NCBI GenBank assembly: GCA_965140585.1 | Contig: OZ223264.1 | Location: 352,001-416,000, forward strand | DNA from: Spirochaetia bacterium | GTDB lineage: Bacteria; Spirochaetota; Spirochaetia; UBA9216 | DNA length: 64,000 nucleotides | Direction: 5' to 3' | In this document: positions 29,623 through 38,241 of the stretch, piece after piece | Position numbering within the stretch: the first letter of the stretch is position 1 | Layout: each line of letters begins with the position of its first letter | Notes under the pieces: generated by a model | Told to the model about the DNA's origin: nothing | Databases searched by the model: none | Seen by the model: only the letters and a program-made list of their open reading frames with translations | Translations under genes and position numbers: made by a program

Positions 29623-30227
29623 TATTTATCCTCCTGAAATCTAAATCCTGCTGCAGTCAGTTCACAGAGCAGTCTGACTCCCTCATCATATCCATTACCG
29701 ATTTCAGTTTTATGAAGAGATATAAAAAACATCGATCTGATCATAGCTGCTGTAGTTTTTACATCGGACGGAAGCGAAACTCCTGCCTCTTTGAGACCCT
29801 GTATAAGTCCGATGCTGAAATCAGAATCATCTTCAAGGTGTTCAGCAATAGTCTCATCCGGTAAAACCCTGAGCAATTCGGTATATTCGGAACCGCTTAG
29901 GAATTTTTTAAACAGAGGCTCTTCTTCAACTATTATGTACATTTGGTAAAGAAACTCGGTCAGTATCTTCCGGGTCAGCGGTCCCTGTTTGAACATCTGC
30001 ATAACATTTGTACGATAAGTCTCTTCAAAAATATTGAAAATATCCCAGAGCAGCAGCTCTTTCATACGGTAGAATGAGTAAAAGGCTCCCTTCGAAATAC
30101 CTGCTTTCTTTGTGATTTCTTCAACGCTGGTTTTTTTCAGTCCGTATTGTGAGAAAAGTTCTTTTCCGGCATCCAGCAGCCGCTGTTTGATCTGTTCTTT
30201 ATCCTTTTCGTTAAAAGCTCTTCCCAT
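29622..30227 (-). CDS. TetR/AcrR family regulator
   Basis: GLKKTSVEEITKKAGISKGAFYSFY..KE HTH; first gene of the ABC operon. Confidence 0.92.
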   Translation of the reverse strand: MGRAFNEKDKEQIKQRLLDAGKELFSQYGLKKTSVEEITKKAGISKGAFYSFYRMKELLLWDIFNIFEETYRTNVMQMFKQGPLTRKILTEFLYQMYIIVEEEPLFKKFLSGSEYTELLRVLPDETIAEHLEDDSDFSIGLIQGLKEAGVSLPSDVKTTAAMIRSMFFISLHKTEIGNGYDEGVRLLCELTAAGFRFQEDK

Positions 30228-30237
30228 ATTACGACCC

Positions 30238-30265
30238 TATGACCAAAAGTGTTGATATGGTCGTA
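30238..30265. promoter_or_regulatory. Candidate TetR operator
   Basis: TATGACCA-n12-TGGTCGTA imperfect inverted repeat 10 nt upstream of the TetR start. Confidence 0.55.
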
Positions 30266-30369
30266 GTATTGATCAGTTTCATCGTTTAATCAATGGTTTT
30301 TTGTTTAGGTATTCGAAGCATGTAAGTTGTATTTGCAAAAAAAAAGGTAGTAATTAAGAAGGAAAAGTC

Positions 30370-30392
30370 CCCGTGATTTCAATTATCACGGG
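30370..30392 (-). terminator. Hairpin downstream of the small lipoprotein gene
   Basis: CCCGTGAT-n7-ATCACGGG, with AAAA (U on minus strand) at 30363-30366. Confidence 0.5.
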
Positions 30393-30409
30393 TATAAACT
30401 TCTTAAGTT

Positions 30410-30781
30410 TTAGAATGATAATGAATATTCCCAGCCTCTAAATGAAAGTGAGTCTCCTGATTCAGCAACTGTGAATTCATACATATCGCCGTCAAAGTTC
30501 GATGCCGCCAAAATGAGCAGGATATATCCATCTATAATTCCGGTTCTGGTTTCCGGATCGTAAGTGTATGTGAATTCTTCACCATCCTCCCAGGTTCCTG
30601 TTACCATAGTAGGTGCAGACCCTGTTCCATCATCATTGAAAATCAGTTTACTCCCTGCTATTACAATGGAATGTTTCCAGACGGTATTTTCCAAGGCATT
30701 ATCAAGGCTCGGGTCAATTGCACAGCTTCCTGCTGCCAGCACTAGTGCGACTGTCAGTGCAATTAGTAGTGTCTTTTTCAT
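30410..30781 (-). CDS. Small hypothetical lipoprotein
   Basis: SD GGAGG; lipobox AGS-C; beta-rich (LENTVW, LIFNDDGTG, FTYTYD). Confidence 0.75.
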   Translation of the reverse strand: MKKTLLIALTVALVLAAGSCAIDPSLDNALENTVWKHSIVIAGSKLIFNDDGTGSAPTMVTGTWEDGEEFTYTYDPETRTGIIDGYILLILAASNFDGDMYEFTVAESGDSLSFRGWEYSLSF

Positions 30782-30855
30782 AAATCCTCCGAATTATTTA
30801 TATATATGAGATCGGATTATTTTTTTAAAAGTTTACAAAGAAAATGTTAGCAAAA

Positions 30856-31248
30856 TTATTTTTTGAATATATCAGGCAGTCTAATTTCACAGCCTTTATA
30901 TAGTATGTTTTCAACTTTTTTCATCTGTAAAACGACGTTGTTGCGGCTGTTTATACAGGCGTCAAGATAAGCACCGTTAAACTCCAAGGTTGGGAAGTTA
31001 AGGTCTACCTTTGATATTATCTTATGATTCTGATCTATATAACAATGTGTTGAGATTGTCCACCATTCAGCTCCGGACGGGTTTATTTCAAGCAGTCCGA
31101 CTATATATTCATCTTCAATATCTTGTGATTTTTCGATAGCCACTGCATATATAACATCAGAATCGAATCTATACATATAAAGATCCGCTGAAAAAATATT
31201 TGTACAGGGAAGCACCAATAGAAGAATAATCAACACTTTTTTTATCAT
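30856..31248 (-). CDS. Hypothetical exported protein
   Basis: Signal peptide MIKKVLIILLLVLPCTNIFS; SD AAGGA; no recognisable family. Confidence 0.65.
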   Translation of the reverse strand: MIKKVLIILLLVLPCTNIFSADLYMYRFDSDVIYAVAIEKSQDIEDEYIVGLLEINPSGAEWWTISTHCYIDQNHKIISKVDLNFPTLEFNGAYLDACINSRNNVVLQMKKVENILYKGCEIRLPDIFKK

Positions 31249-31275
31249 AAAAATTCCTTAGACTGATACTTTATA

Positions 31276-32175
31276 CTAATTTGTTATCTTTTGTGAAGGT
31301 CTGATCTTTCCGGCACCCAGGCCTGCAATAATAAGAAGGATACCAATCAGTTTTACCGGCGCTATTCCAAGTCCGAACCAGATGTCCAGTATGAGGCCAC
31401 CGGCCAGTTCACCGGCATAGACTCCGAGTGTGACAACAAGCGCCGGGGACTTAAGCAGAAGATATGCAATCATCCCTGTGGTGAATACTCCTATCAAGCC
31501 GCCCCCCGCGAAAATATACCAGGGCAGGGCTGCTATTTCCGACAGGCTTTGTCCGACAGGCTTAGTGTCCCCGGTTTTAAGCGAGGTAAAAAGGAATAGC
31601 GGAATTATTATTATAAGAGCTGAAATATAATTGAAGACAACTGTCCGGGGTGTTCCGTATCGGGCGGTATTTCTTGAGTTCATATGTTGCTGGATCATCA
31701 GAACTATTCCGGGTGTCCATGAGAGGATTATCCATAGGGGCCCGGCTCCTGCCTTAAGTCCTATAATAACCGAGCCCGGAATCAGCAGCGCCGGTGAAAG
31801 GATTCTCTGAATCAGCGGGGATCGTGTTCTGTCGGCTTTATAAAAACTCTCTGCCGCAGCCGCTGCGAGAGTCTGTCCTGCAAGTGAGCCGCTTAACGAA
31901 AACAGTATACCGCCCTTCTCAAATATTACGCTTGCAAGGTATACGATCAGGCTTCCAAGCATTCCGGCTGTCAGAAATATCTTAGGTGATTTTTCTGAGG
32001 AATCTCCCTTCATCCGCCGGTAGGCTGTAATAAGAAGTAACAATGCTCCGCTTAATCCGCAGATGTGTATAGACAGTAATGCTGCGCTCCCGCCTACTGC
32101 TGTCTGCAGAACTCCGTTGAACTGAATCATTAAGGCGACAAGGCCGCCGGTAAGAACCGATAAAAAGAAATACAT
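31276..32175 (-). CDS. DMT superfamily transporter, tandem YdcZ-like halves
   Basis: Two repeats (ALMIQFNGVL.. / MIQQHMNSR..; AGQTL / AGELAGG..D); about 10 TM; ATG 32175 follows SD GGGAG. Confidence 0.8.
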   Translation of the reverse strand: MYFFLSVLTGGLVALMIQFNGVLQTAVGGSAALLSIHICGLSGALLLLITAYRRMKGDSSEKSPKIFLTAGMLGSLIVYLASVIFEKGGILFSLSGSLAGQTLAAAAAESFYKADRTRSPLIQRILSPALLIPGSVIIGLKAGAGPLWIILSWTPGIVLMIQQHMNSRNTARYGTPRTVVFNYISALIIIIPLFLFTSLKTGDTKPVGQSLSEIAALPWYIFAGGGLIGVFTTGMIAYLLLKSPALVVTLGVYAGELAGGLILDIWFGLGIAPVKLIGILLIIAGLGAGKIRPSQKITN

Positions 32176-32231
32176 TACCACTCCCGCTTGTTATGCTTCA
32201 TATTCTATCCTACAATCAATTTATGGAGGTA

Positions 32232-32243
32232 GGACATATGTCC
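32232..32243. promoter_or_regulatory. Palindrome overlapping the Crp/Fnr start codon; candidate operator
   Basis: Perfect GGACATATGTCC between the divergent DMT and Crp/Fnr genes. Confidence 0.6.
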
Positions 32244-32918
32244 CACTCAGCTATAATTAAATCATTTTTTACAGAATCTTCAGAGTCGGTCCGAATAGAC
32301 TGGAAAAAGGCAGATATCCTCTGCCTGGAAGGTGAGCCTCTGGAGTACCTTCATTTTATTCAATCAGGAAGGTTCAGGGTATTCAGATCATTAAACAACG
32401 GTCGTGATATGCTCTACCGTATCTATCTTCCCGGTTCCATTATGGGTGACATCGAGCTTTTCACAGGTGGTGAAGCTGCCTCATGTTCGGTTCAATGTAT
32501 AGAGGCTGCAAAAACGATTTCACTGCCCATAGCCTGCATAAGAGATAATCTTCCGGGATTCTCAGAATTAATTTTCCTCGTCGGTAAAGGGCTGGCAAGA
32601 AAGCTGCATGAAAATTCAGTTTCGGAAGCCGTCAATACTAATTATCCGCTTGAAGTGAGACTGGCCCATTATTATCTTGAGTTTAAGGATCCTGAACTGA
32701 AAGCTCAAAATTTGATTCAGCTGTCAGAATGGATGGGCTGCAGTTATCGTCATTTAACAAGAAGTCTATCTTCGCTGTGCCGTAAGGGTGCTGTTAAGAA
32801 AACCGCCGGCTCCTACGGATCAGGATATCTCGCAGCGGACAGAAATATTCTCGAAAAAATTGCGGGGCCTGTCTTAATGGAAGAAGGCCGCAGGCTGTTT
32901 GAGCCGGGAGATGTCTGA
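32238..32918 (+). CDS. Crp/Fnr family regulator (YeiL-like)
   Basis: cNMP-like domain (GSIMGDIELF), YPLEVRLA, HTH LSEWMGCSYRHLTRSL; ATG 32238 follows GGAGG. Confidence 0.88.
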   Translation: MSHSAIIKSFFTESSESVRIDWKKADILCLEGEPLEYLHFIQSGRFRVFRSLNNGRDMLYRIYLPGSIMGDIELFTGGEAASCSVQCIEAAKTISLPIACIRDNLPGFSELIFLVGKGLARKLHENSVSEAVNTNYPLEVRLAHYYLEFKDPELKAQNLIQLSEWMGCSYRHLTRSLSSLCRKGAVKKTAGSYGSGYLAADRNILEKIAGPVLMEEGRRLFEPGDV

Positions 32919-32980
32919 TAAATCCGAGTTTAACTTAAAAAGCAGTTGACTGCAATTTGCATTTTTCCTATCATCCGCCT

Positions 32981-33499
32981 ATGAAAAGAATAATTGTATT
33001 GATGCTTCTCTCTGTTTTTTGTCTGTTTGCTGTTTCTGCTTCTGATTTGGATGCAACTTTTTCAGCAAAGGGGTTTACTGTAGATGGAACAGTGTTTGAC
33101 GGATACCTTAAAACCAAAATAAAAATTGATGATTTAAAGGTTGCTTTTAAAGAAGGCAACCGGGAGGATATTCTTGCTACTATCTACAGCAGTATTATTC
33201 CCTCACAGGCTGTGTTTGGTCAAACTGCAGAAGAACACAATCTTATGCTTGCACAAATATCTGCTAAATATACCGATGAAAATGGTGATCTTGTAAAAGT
33301 TCCAGTTCAGACTTTAGTCGATATCAATCTTAATGATAGAAGAGAAGGTCTATTCAGGGTGACCTATGTCTTGGCCTTCATTTCACAGGATCTCATCGAT
33401 GCAGCAAGAGAAAGCGGTGAGAGTTTGAATGTCGGTGATTATGCCGAGATAACACTGGAATGTGAAATTAAGGATCCTCTCCTTGTGATTGAAGATTAA
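32981..33499 (+). CDS. Hypothetical exported protein
   Basis: Signal peptide MKRIIVLMLLSVFCLFAVSA; promoter TTGACT-17-TATCAT ends 6 nt before the ATG. Confidence 0.75.
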   Translation: MKRIIVLMLLSVFCLFAVSASDLDATFSAKGFTVDGTVFDGYLKTKIKIDDLKVAFKEGNREDILATIYSSIIPSQAVFGQTAEEHNLMLAQISAKYTDENGDLVKVPVQTLVDINLNDRREGLFRVTYVLAFISQDLIDAARESGESLNVGDYAEITLECEIKDPLLVIED

Positions 33500-33620
33500 T
33501 TATTTCTAGCAATATCTGATATAAAAAAATAATAAACTACTCTGTTGAATTGCGGATCTTATTTTACTAAGCTGAATTTATATGGTTTTGTAGCCGCTTT
33601 TATGTTTTCAGCGAGGATTT

Positions 33621-35783
33621 ATGCAATTCAAATCATTAAAAACCAAGATTATACTGATGGCTGGAATCAGCCTTATTTTAACCGGGGTGATCCTTATAGG
33701 TAACCAGGTCATTTCACAGAATAATACTCAGAATACCGTAAACTCAAGGGTGAATACTCTTATCGAAAAACAGACTAAGGATATTTTACTTAATCTGGCA
33801 AAGAGTGAAGCCCGCTATATTCAGTCGAAACTGGAAATAAATCTGGATTCAGCAAGAACCATAGCTGATTCTTTCAAGGCTGTTAAGATAAATAATGAAT
33901 CACTTGGGACTGTTGATATCAGAAATTTATTTAATGATATCCTTCTGACAGTACTTGAAAATAACCCTGACTTTCTTGGTACTTACAGTGCCTGGGAGCC
34001 GAACGCTCTGGACGGTATGGATTCGGAATATCAGAATAGAACAGATTTGGGTTATGATGAAACCGGACGTTTCATTCCATACTGGAACAGAGACCTTGAA
34101 GGAAATATTGCCAGACAGGCATTAGTAAATTATGAAGATAACTCATTATATGAAAATGGAATACGAAGAGGGGGATGGTATCTTAATCCCCGTGAGCGTT
34201 TAAAAGAAAATATTTTGGACCCATTTCCCTATATTGTACAGGGACAAACGGACTGGCTTACAACCATGTCAGTGCCGATAATAATAAATGGAAAATTCAT
34301 AGGAATAGCCGGAACAGATCTAAGGCTGGGTTTTATTCAGAACCTAAGTGAAAGTGTATCCGAAGCTCTATACTCAGGTAACAACAAAGTTCAGGTAATA
34401 AGTTATGAGGGAATTATTGTTGCAGACAGTTCCAATTCTGAGTATATAGGCAAACGCTTGAACGAACTTGCCAATTCTAACTGGCAGGAAACCGTCGGTA
34501 GAGTACATGAAGGTGAAACCTTTGTTGATACAGGTATTGATACTGGTATTGTAAAAGTCCAGGCGCCTATTCAGCTGGGAAGAACTGGTACTCCATGGTC
34601 CATTATTATTGAAGTGGAACGAACACTTGTTTTTGCTGAAGCGATAGCACTATCGGATGATCTTGCTGCTGAATATAAGCGTACAACTTTCTCAGGAATA
34701 ATAGTCGGATTGATTGTAACAGTAATAGCTCTTTTTCTCCTCTATATCCTATCCTCACGTATTGTTCTTCCGATCAAAAAAGCTTTAATGCTTACAGAAC
34801 AGATTGCTGCCGGAGATCTTACCCAGGAAATTGAAATTAAGCAGAAAGATGAGATAGGAGCTCTTGTTAGTGCTTTAAAAGAAATGCAATCAAAACTGAA
34901 AGACTCGATCATAACAATTAAGAATTCTTCCAATAAGGTTTTGTCAGGCAGTGAACGAATTTCCAGTTCTTCTGAAGGCATCTCACAGGGAACAACCCAG
35001 CAGGCTGCTAATATGGAAGAAGTGTCAGCTTCAATGGAACAGCTTAACTCCAATATTCAGCAGAATACAGAAAATGCTCAGCAGTCTAACAGCATGGCTC
35101 AAAAGGTTACCCAGGATTCTCTCAAGGGTGGTGCTGCTGTTGATGAAACAGTAGATGCCATGAAGGATATAGCTGAAAAAATTAGTGTAATAGAAGATAT
35201 AGCCAGAAACACAAATATGCTCGCACTTAATGCTGCAATCGAGGCAGCAAGAGCCGGTGAAGCTGGAAAAGGTTTTGCCGTCGTCGCAACTGAGGTTAAG
35301 AAACTTGCAGAATCAAGCGGCGAAGCAGCAAAGGAGATCACTGAGATTACCAGAAATAGTGTGAACCGGGCTGTCGAAGCCAAAGAGCTTATTGATCAGA
35401 TTGTTCCGGCGATGAAGAAAACTGCCGATCTTGTAGAAGAAATCACTATGGCAAGTCAGGAACAAAGTAATGGGGCAACCCAGATAAACGGCGCCTTGTT
35501 AGAACTTGACAGTGTAGTACAGCAGAATTCTTCAGCTGCTTCAGAGCTTTCTTCCATGTCTGATGAATTAACAAATCAGGCTAACGCAATGATGGATGCA
35601 GTAAATTACTTCAAAATAGGAAACAAAACATCAGCAGTTTATAAAGCTCCTGAAAAAGCTAAGTCTATTCCTTCGCCAAAACCTAAACAGGAAACTAAAA
35701 GACAAGTGTTGATTGAACACAGTCCGGAAGTTTCTAAATCTGTTATCACAGATGAACTGGATGATGAGTTCGACGAATTTTAA
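33621..35783 (+). CDS. Methyl-accepting chemotaxis protein with dCache sensor
   Basis: Two TM, dCache ([26 protein letters not shown]), HAMP, signalling tip [31 protein letters not shown]-terminal EFDEF. Confidence 0.95.
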   Translation: MQFKSLKTKIILMAGISLILTGVILIGNQVISQNNTQNTVNSRVNTLIEKQTKDILLNLAKSEARYIQSKLEINLDSARTIADSFKAVKINNESLGTVDIRNLFNDILLTVLENNPDFLGTYSAWEPNALDGMDSEYQNRTDLGYDETGRFIPYWNRDLEGNIARQALVNYEDNSLYENGIRRGGWYLNPRERLKENILDPFPYIVQGQTDWLTTMSVPIIINGKFIGIAGTDLRLGFIQNLSESVSEALYSGNNKVQVISYEGIIVADSSNSEYIGKRLNELANSNWQETVGRVHEGETFVDTGIDTGIVKVQAPIQLGRTGTPWSIIIEVERTLVFAEAIALSDDLAAEYKRTTFSGIIVGLIVTVIALFLLYILSSRIVLPIKKALMLTEQIAAGDLTQEIEIKQKDEIGALVSALKEMQSKLKDSIITIKNSSNKVLSGSERISSSSEGISQGTTQQAANMEEVSASMEQLNSNIQQNTENAQQSNSMAQKVTQDSLKGGAAVDETVDAMKDIAEKISVIEDIARNTNMLALNAAIEAARAGEAGKGFAVVATEVKKLAESSGEAAKEITEITRNSVNRAVEAKELIDQIVPAMKKTADLVEEITMASQEQSNGATQINGALLELDSVVQQNSSAASELSSMSDELTNQANAMMDAVNYFKIGNKTSAVYKAPEKAKSIPSPKPKQETKRQVLIEHSPEVSKSVITDELDDEFDEF

Positions 35784-35806
35784 ACCAGTAGTTCTAGTGT
35801 ATTGTA

Positions 35807-35845
35807 CAGGCATCCTTAAATGTTTTGTGTGATACGGGATGCCTG
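35807..35845. terminator. Hairpin between the convergent MCP and HD genes
   Basis: CAGGCATCC ... GGATGCCTG inverted repeat with a long loop. Confidence 0.5.
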
Positions 35846-35859
35846 AATTATTTTAAATT

Positions 35860-36438
35860 TTACTCTCTCAACCATCCATTTCTAACCGCTTCATCTGCTT
35901 TTGTTTTGAGCCATTCAAACATCTCAGGAGCCTGCATTTTTATAGGTTCATGAATTTTAAGTACCTGATGCTTCCTCACTTTCTGCTCCTGCCATGAGCG
36001 TCCCTCTGTTATGAGGTTCATACAGAAGGGCAGTAGCCGGTCAAATACCTTTACCCATCTGCTTTCAGTACTTTGCTGTTTTTCATATTCTTCCCAAAGG
36101 CTTAGAATCTCTTCAGTAAAAGATCCGGGAAATCGCATGGCCAGTTCCTGCAGATATTCCTTTTCAGATGACTGAATATCGTTTCTGCCTGTGTCATACA
36201 CCGAAATATCTCCTGAACCTATTTCACATATATCATGGACAAGAGCCATTTTAAGTGTTTTGATAAAATCAATATCGTCTTCAATTTCTCCATTCAGCAT
36301 CATAATCATAACTGCCAAATGCCAGCTGTGTTCTGCAGAGTTCTCGTTTCTTGAGCCGTCCGAAAGAATTGTTTTTCTGTAGACTGTTTTTAATTTATCC
36401 AGTTCATGAATAAAACTGTAGATCTTATCGTAATCCAT
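35860..36438 (-). CDS. HD domain hydrolase (HD_3, 5'-deoxynucleotidase-like)
   Basis: DKLKTVYR, ENSAEHSWH, MALVHDICEI, LWEEYE, DRLLP. Confidence 0.9.
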   Translation of the reverse strand: MDYDKIYSFIHELDKLKTVYRKTILSDGSRNENSAEHSWHLAVMIMMLNGEIEDDIDFIKTLKMALVHDICEIGSGDISVYDTGRNDIQSSEKEYLQELAMRFPGSFTEEILSLWEEYEKQQSTESRWVKVFDRLLPFCMNLITEGRSWQEQKVRKHQVLKIHEPIKMQAPEMFEWLKTKADEAVRNGWLRE

Positions 36439-36724
36439 CAGGACCTCATTAGTTTAGACTATAAATAAATTCAAGAAGCTTTTTGTTTATAGATTCCATC
36501 TCTAAGTTGTCTTCTATTGTAAATATAAGTGCGTCTTCAAGATTTGAAAAGATTTCAGGCTGAATATTCTATAATCTGAAACCGCACTCAAAGTGTTTCT
36601 CCTAAAATCGAGCTTTATTTTAAACTCAGAGGTCTTTTATTTAAGACCAGATGTATATTTTAAAATTAGTTCAGGAAAAATGCAATTGCATATAGAAAAA
36701 GTTCAATGAGCTGTATCTCACAAT

Positions 36725-36765
36725 AGGGGGAAATCCCCTTAAAATCAGGATATTCCTCCTGATTT
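36725..36765. promoter_or_regulatory. Tandem inverted repeats, candidate LuxR/NarL-type activator sites
   Basis: AGGGG-gaaat-CCCCT (36725-36739) and AAATCAGGA-tattcc-TCCTGATTT (36742-36765), 50-90 nt upstream of the operon start. Confidence 0.55.
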
Positions 36766-36813
36766 ATATATCATCAGTATCATTTTATACTCAATGAAAA
36801 CTCAGGAGAAAAA

Positions 36814-38217
36814 ATGAATATTAGAAAATTAATTATTGTAAGCGTTCTTTTAATGATCGCCGTCTTGTTTAATTGCTCAGATCCTACCAATCCCTCGCAG
36901 GACAGTACAGGAGACTCTACCTCAGAAGATACCTCCGGTGGAGAAACAGATAGTGTAAGTTCAATACTGGATAAATCCTGGACTTCTGCAGAATCGATTG
37001 TAGAGCCGTCAATTGCCGGTGATGACAGTGTAAATCCTGAGGTTGCATACTCTGCAAATGGTACTGCAGCAGCAGCCTGGGAAGTTGATGGCGGGCTTTG
37101 GGTTAATACATTTGACGGGACGGCATGGGGCACCTCTGAATGTTTGTGGGGCGGTGCTTACGGAGATTATCTGGGAGGATATGATATTGATATCAGTTCC
37201 AGTGGTAAGGCTGTAGTTGTCTGGAGCGGGGAGCTTGATAGTGAATCATATGACACGGTATGGTGCCGTATCTTTGACGGAACAGGCTGGAGTGCAGCAG
37301 AACGGCTTTCGGTTACAGGCCTGTCATTTCCTCAGGCGTATTCGCCGGATGTTGCATACAGCCCGTCAGCTGATGAGGCTATTGCGGTCTGGAAGCAGAA
37401 TGATGATGTTTATGCTGCAGTATATGAAAGCGGCAGCTGGGATACTCCTGTAATACTTAATACGGATAGTCTGGATTCTGCCTGGGATCCCGGCATTGCC
37501 TATAATGGTGAACATACTGCTGTTGCGGTATGGCTTCAGGATACTTACAGCTCCTCTGATTACAGGGATGCGTATGCTGCTCTATATGACGGGTCTGACT
37601 GGAGTGCTCCGGTAAATATTGAAGACGGAGATAACATTGACTATGAAATTTCACTTGCTGCTGATTCTTCCGGAAATGCTGTGGCTGTGTGGGAGCAGTA
37701 TGACGGAAGCCGATGGAATATTGGTGCTAATACTTTTGACGGCAGCTCATGGGGAGATTCAGCATTTATATGCGATGACGGTTCTGATATAGATGGTGCT
37801 GTTGTTGATATTCTTCCGGAAGGAAAAGCTGTTGCCGTCTGGAAATATTATAACGGTTCATCAGAACCAAAGATATGTGTAAACATTTTTAATAGTACAA
37901 ACTGGACCGGAAAAGAAGAAATCGGATCCGCCGACAGTTTTACCGATTCTCCAGAAGTAGCTTCTGATTCCTCCGGAAACGCCGCGGCTGTATGGGACTA
38001 TGAAAATTCAGATACAGGAATGAGAGGAATATACCATTCATTGTATAACGGGTCTCTCTGGAGCAGCGAGTCTTCAATAGATGTAAGCAGTGAGGCCCAG
38101 ACTACGGGACTTTGTATCAAATTCAATAAATCAGCAGATGAGGCATTGCTTCTATATTCGGAAGAAGGTGAAGGATTAAATGGATATATGCCGGTGGTCT
38201 ACTCCATGTTGAAATAG
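36814..38217 (+). CDS. Acidic lipoprotein with about 8 tandem ~50-aa repeats (probable beta-propeller)
   Basis: Lipobox LFN-C, Ser/Thr/Asp linker, repeats of P.VA....G.AVAVW...(Y/F)DG..W. Confidence 0.8.
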   Translation: MNIRKLIIVSVLLMIAVLFNCSDPTNPSQDSTGDSTSEDTSGGETDSVSSILDKSWTSAESIVEPSIAGDDSVNPEVAYSANGTAAAAWEVDGGLWVNTFDGTAWGTSECLWGGAYGDYLGGYDIDISSSGKAVVVWSGELDSESYDTVWCRIFDGTGWSAAERLSVTGLSFPQAYSPDVAYSPSADEAIAVWKQNDDVYAAVYESGSWDTPVILNTDSLDSAWDPGIAYNGEHTAVAVWLQDTYSSSDYRDAYAALYDGSDWSAPVNIEDGDNIDYEISLAADSSGNAVAVWEQYDGSRWNIGANTFDGSSWGDSAFICDDGSDIDGAVVDILPEGKAVAVWKYYNGSSEPKICVNIFNSTNWTGKEEIGSADSFTDSPEVASDSSGNAAAVWDYENSDTGMRGIYHSLYNGSLWSSESSIDVSSEAQTTGLCIKFNKSADEALLLYSEEGEGLNGYMPVVYSMLK

Positions 38218-38241
38218 CCCATTATTCGATCAGGAATTAAA

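Noticed and set aside
35860-36438. HD protein (and RecQ, MBL hydrolases) as anti-phage defence components
   Set aside because: They look like ordinary stand-alone housekeeping families, with no adjacent defence-type partners.
36970-38200. Periodic TGG/GCTGTxTGG pattern as a DNA repeat array or diversity-generating element
   Set aside because: Explained by protein-level propeller repeats; nucleotide identity is low and no reverse transcriptase is in the window.
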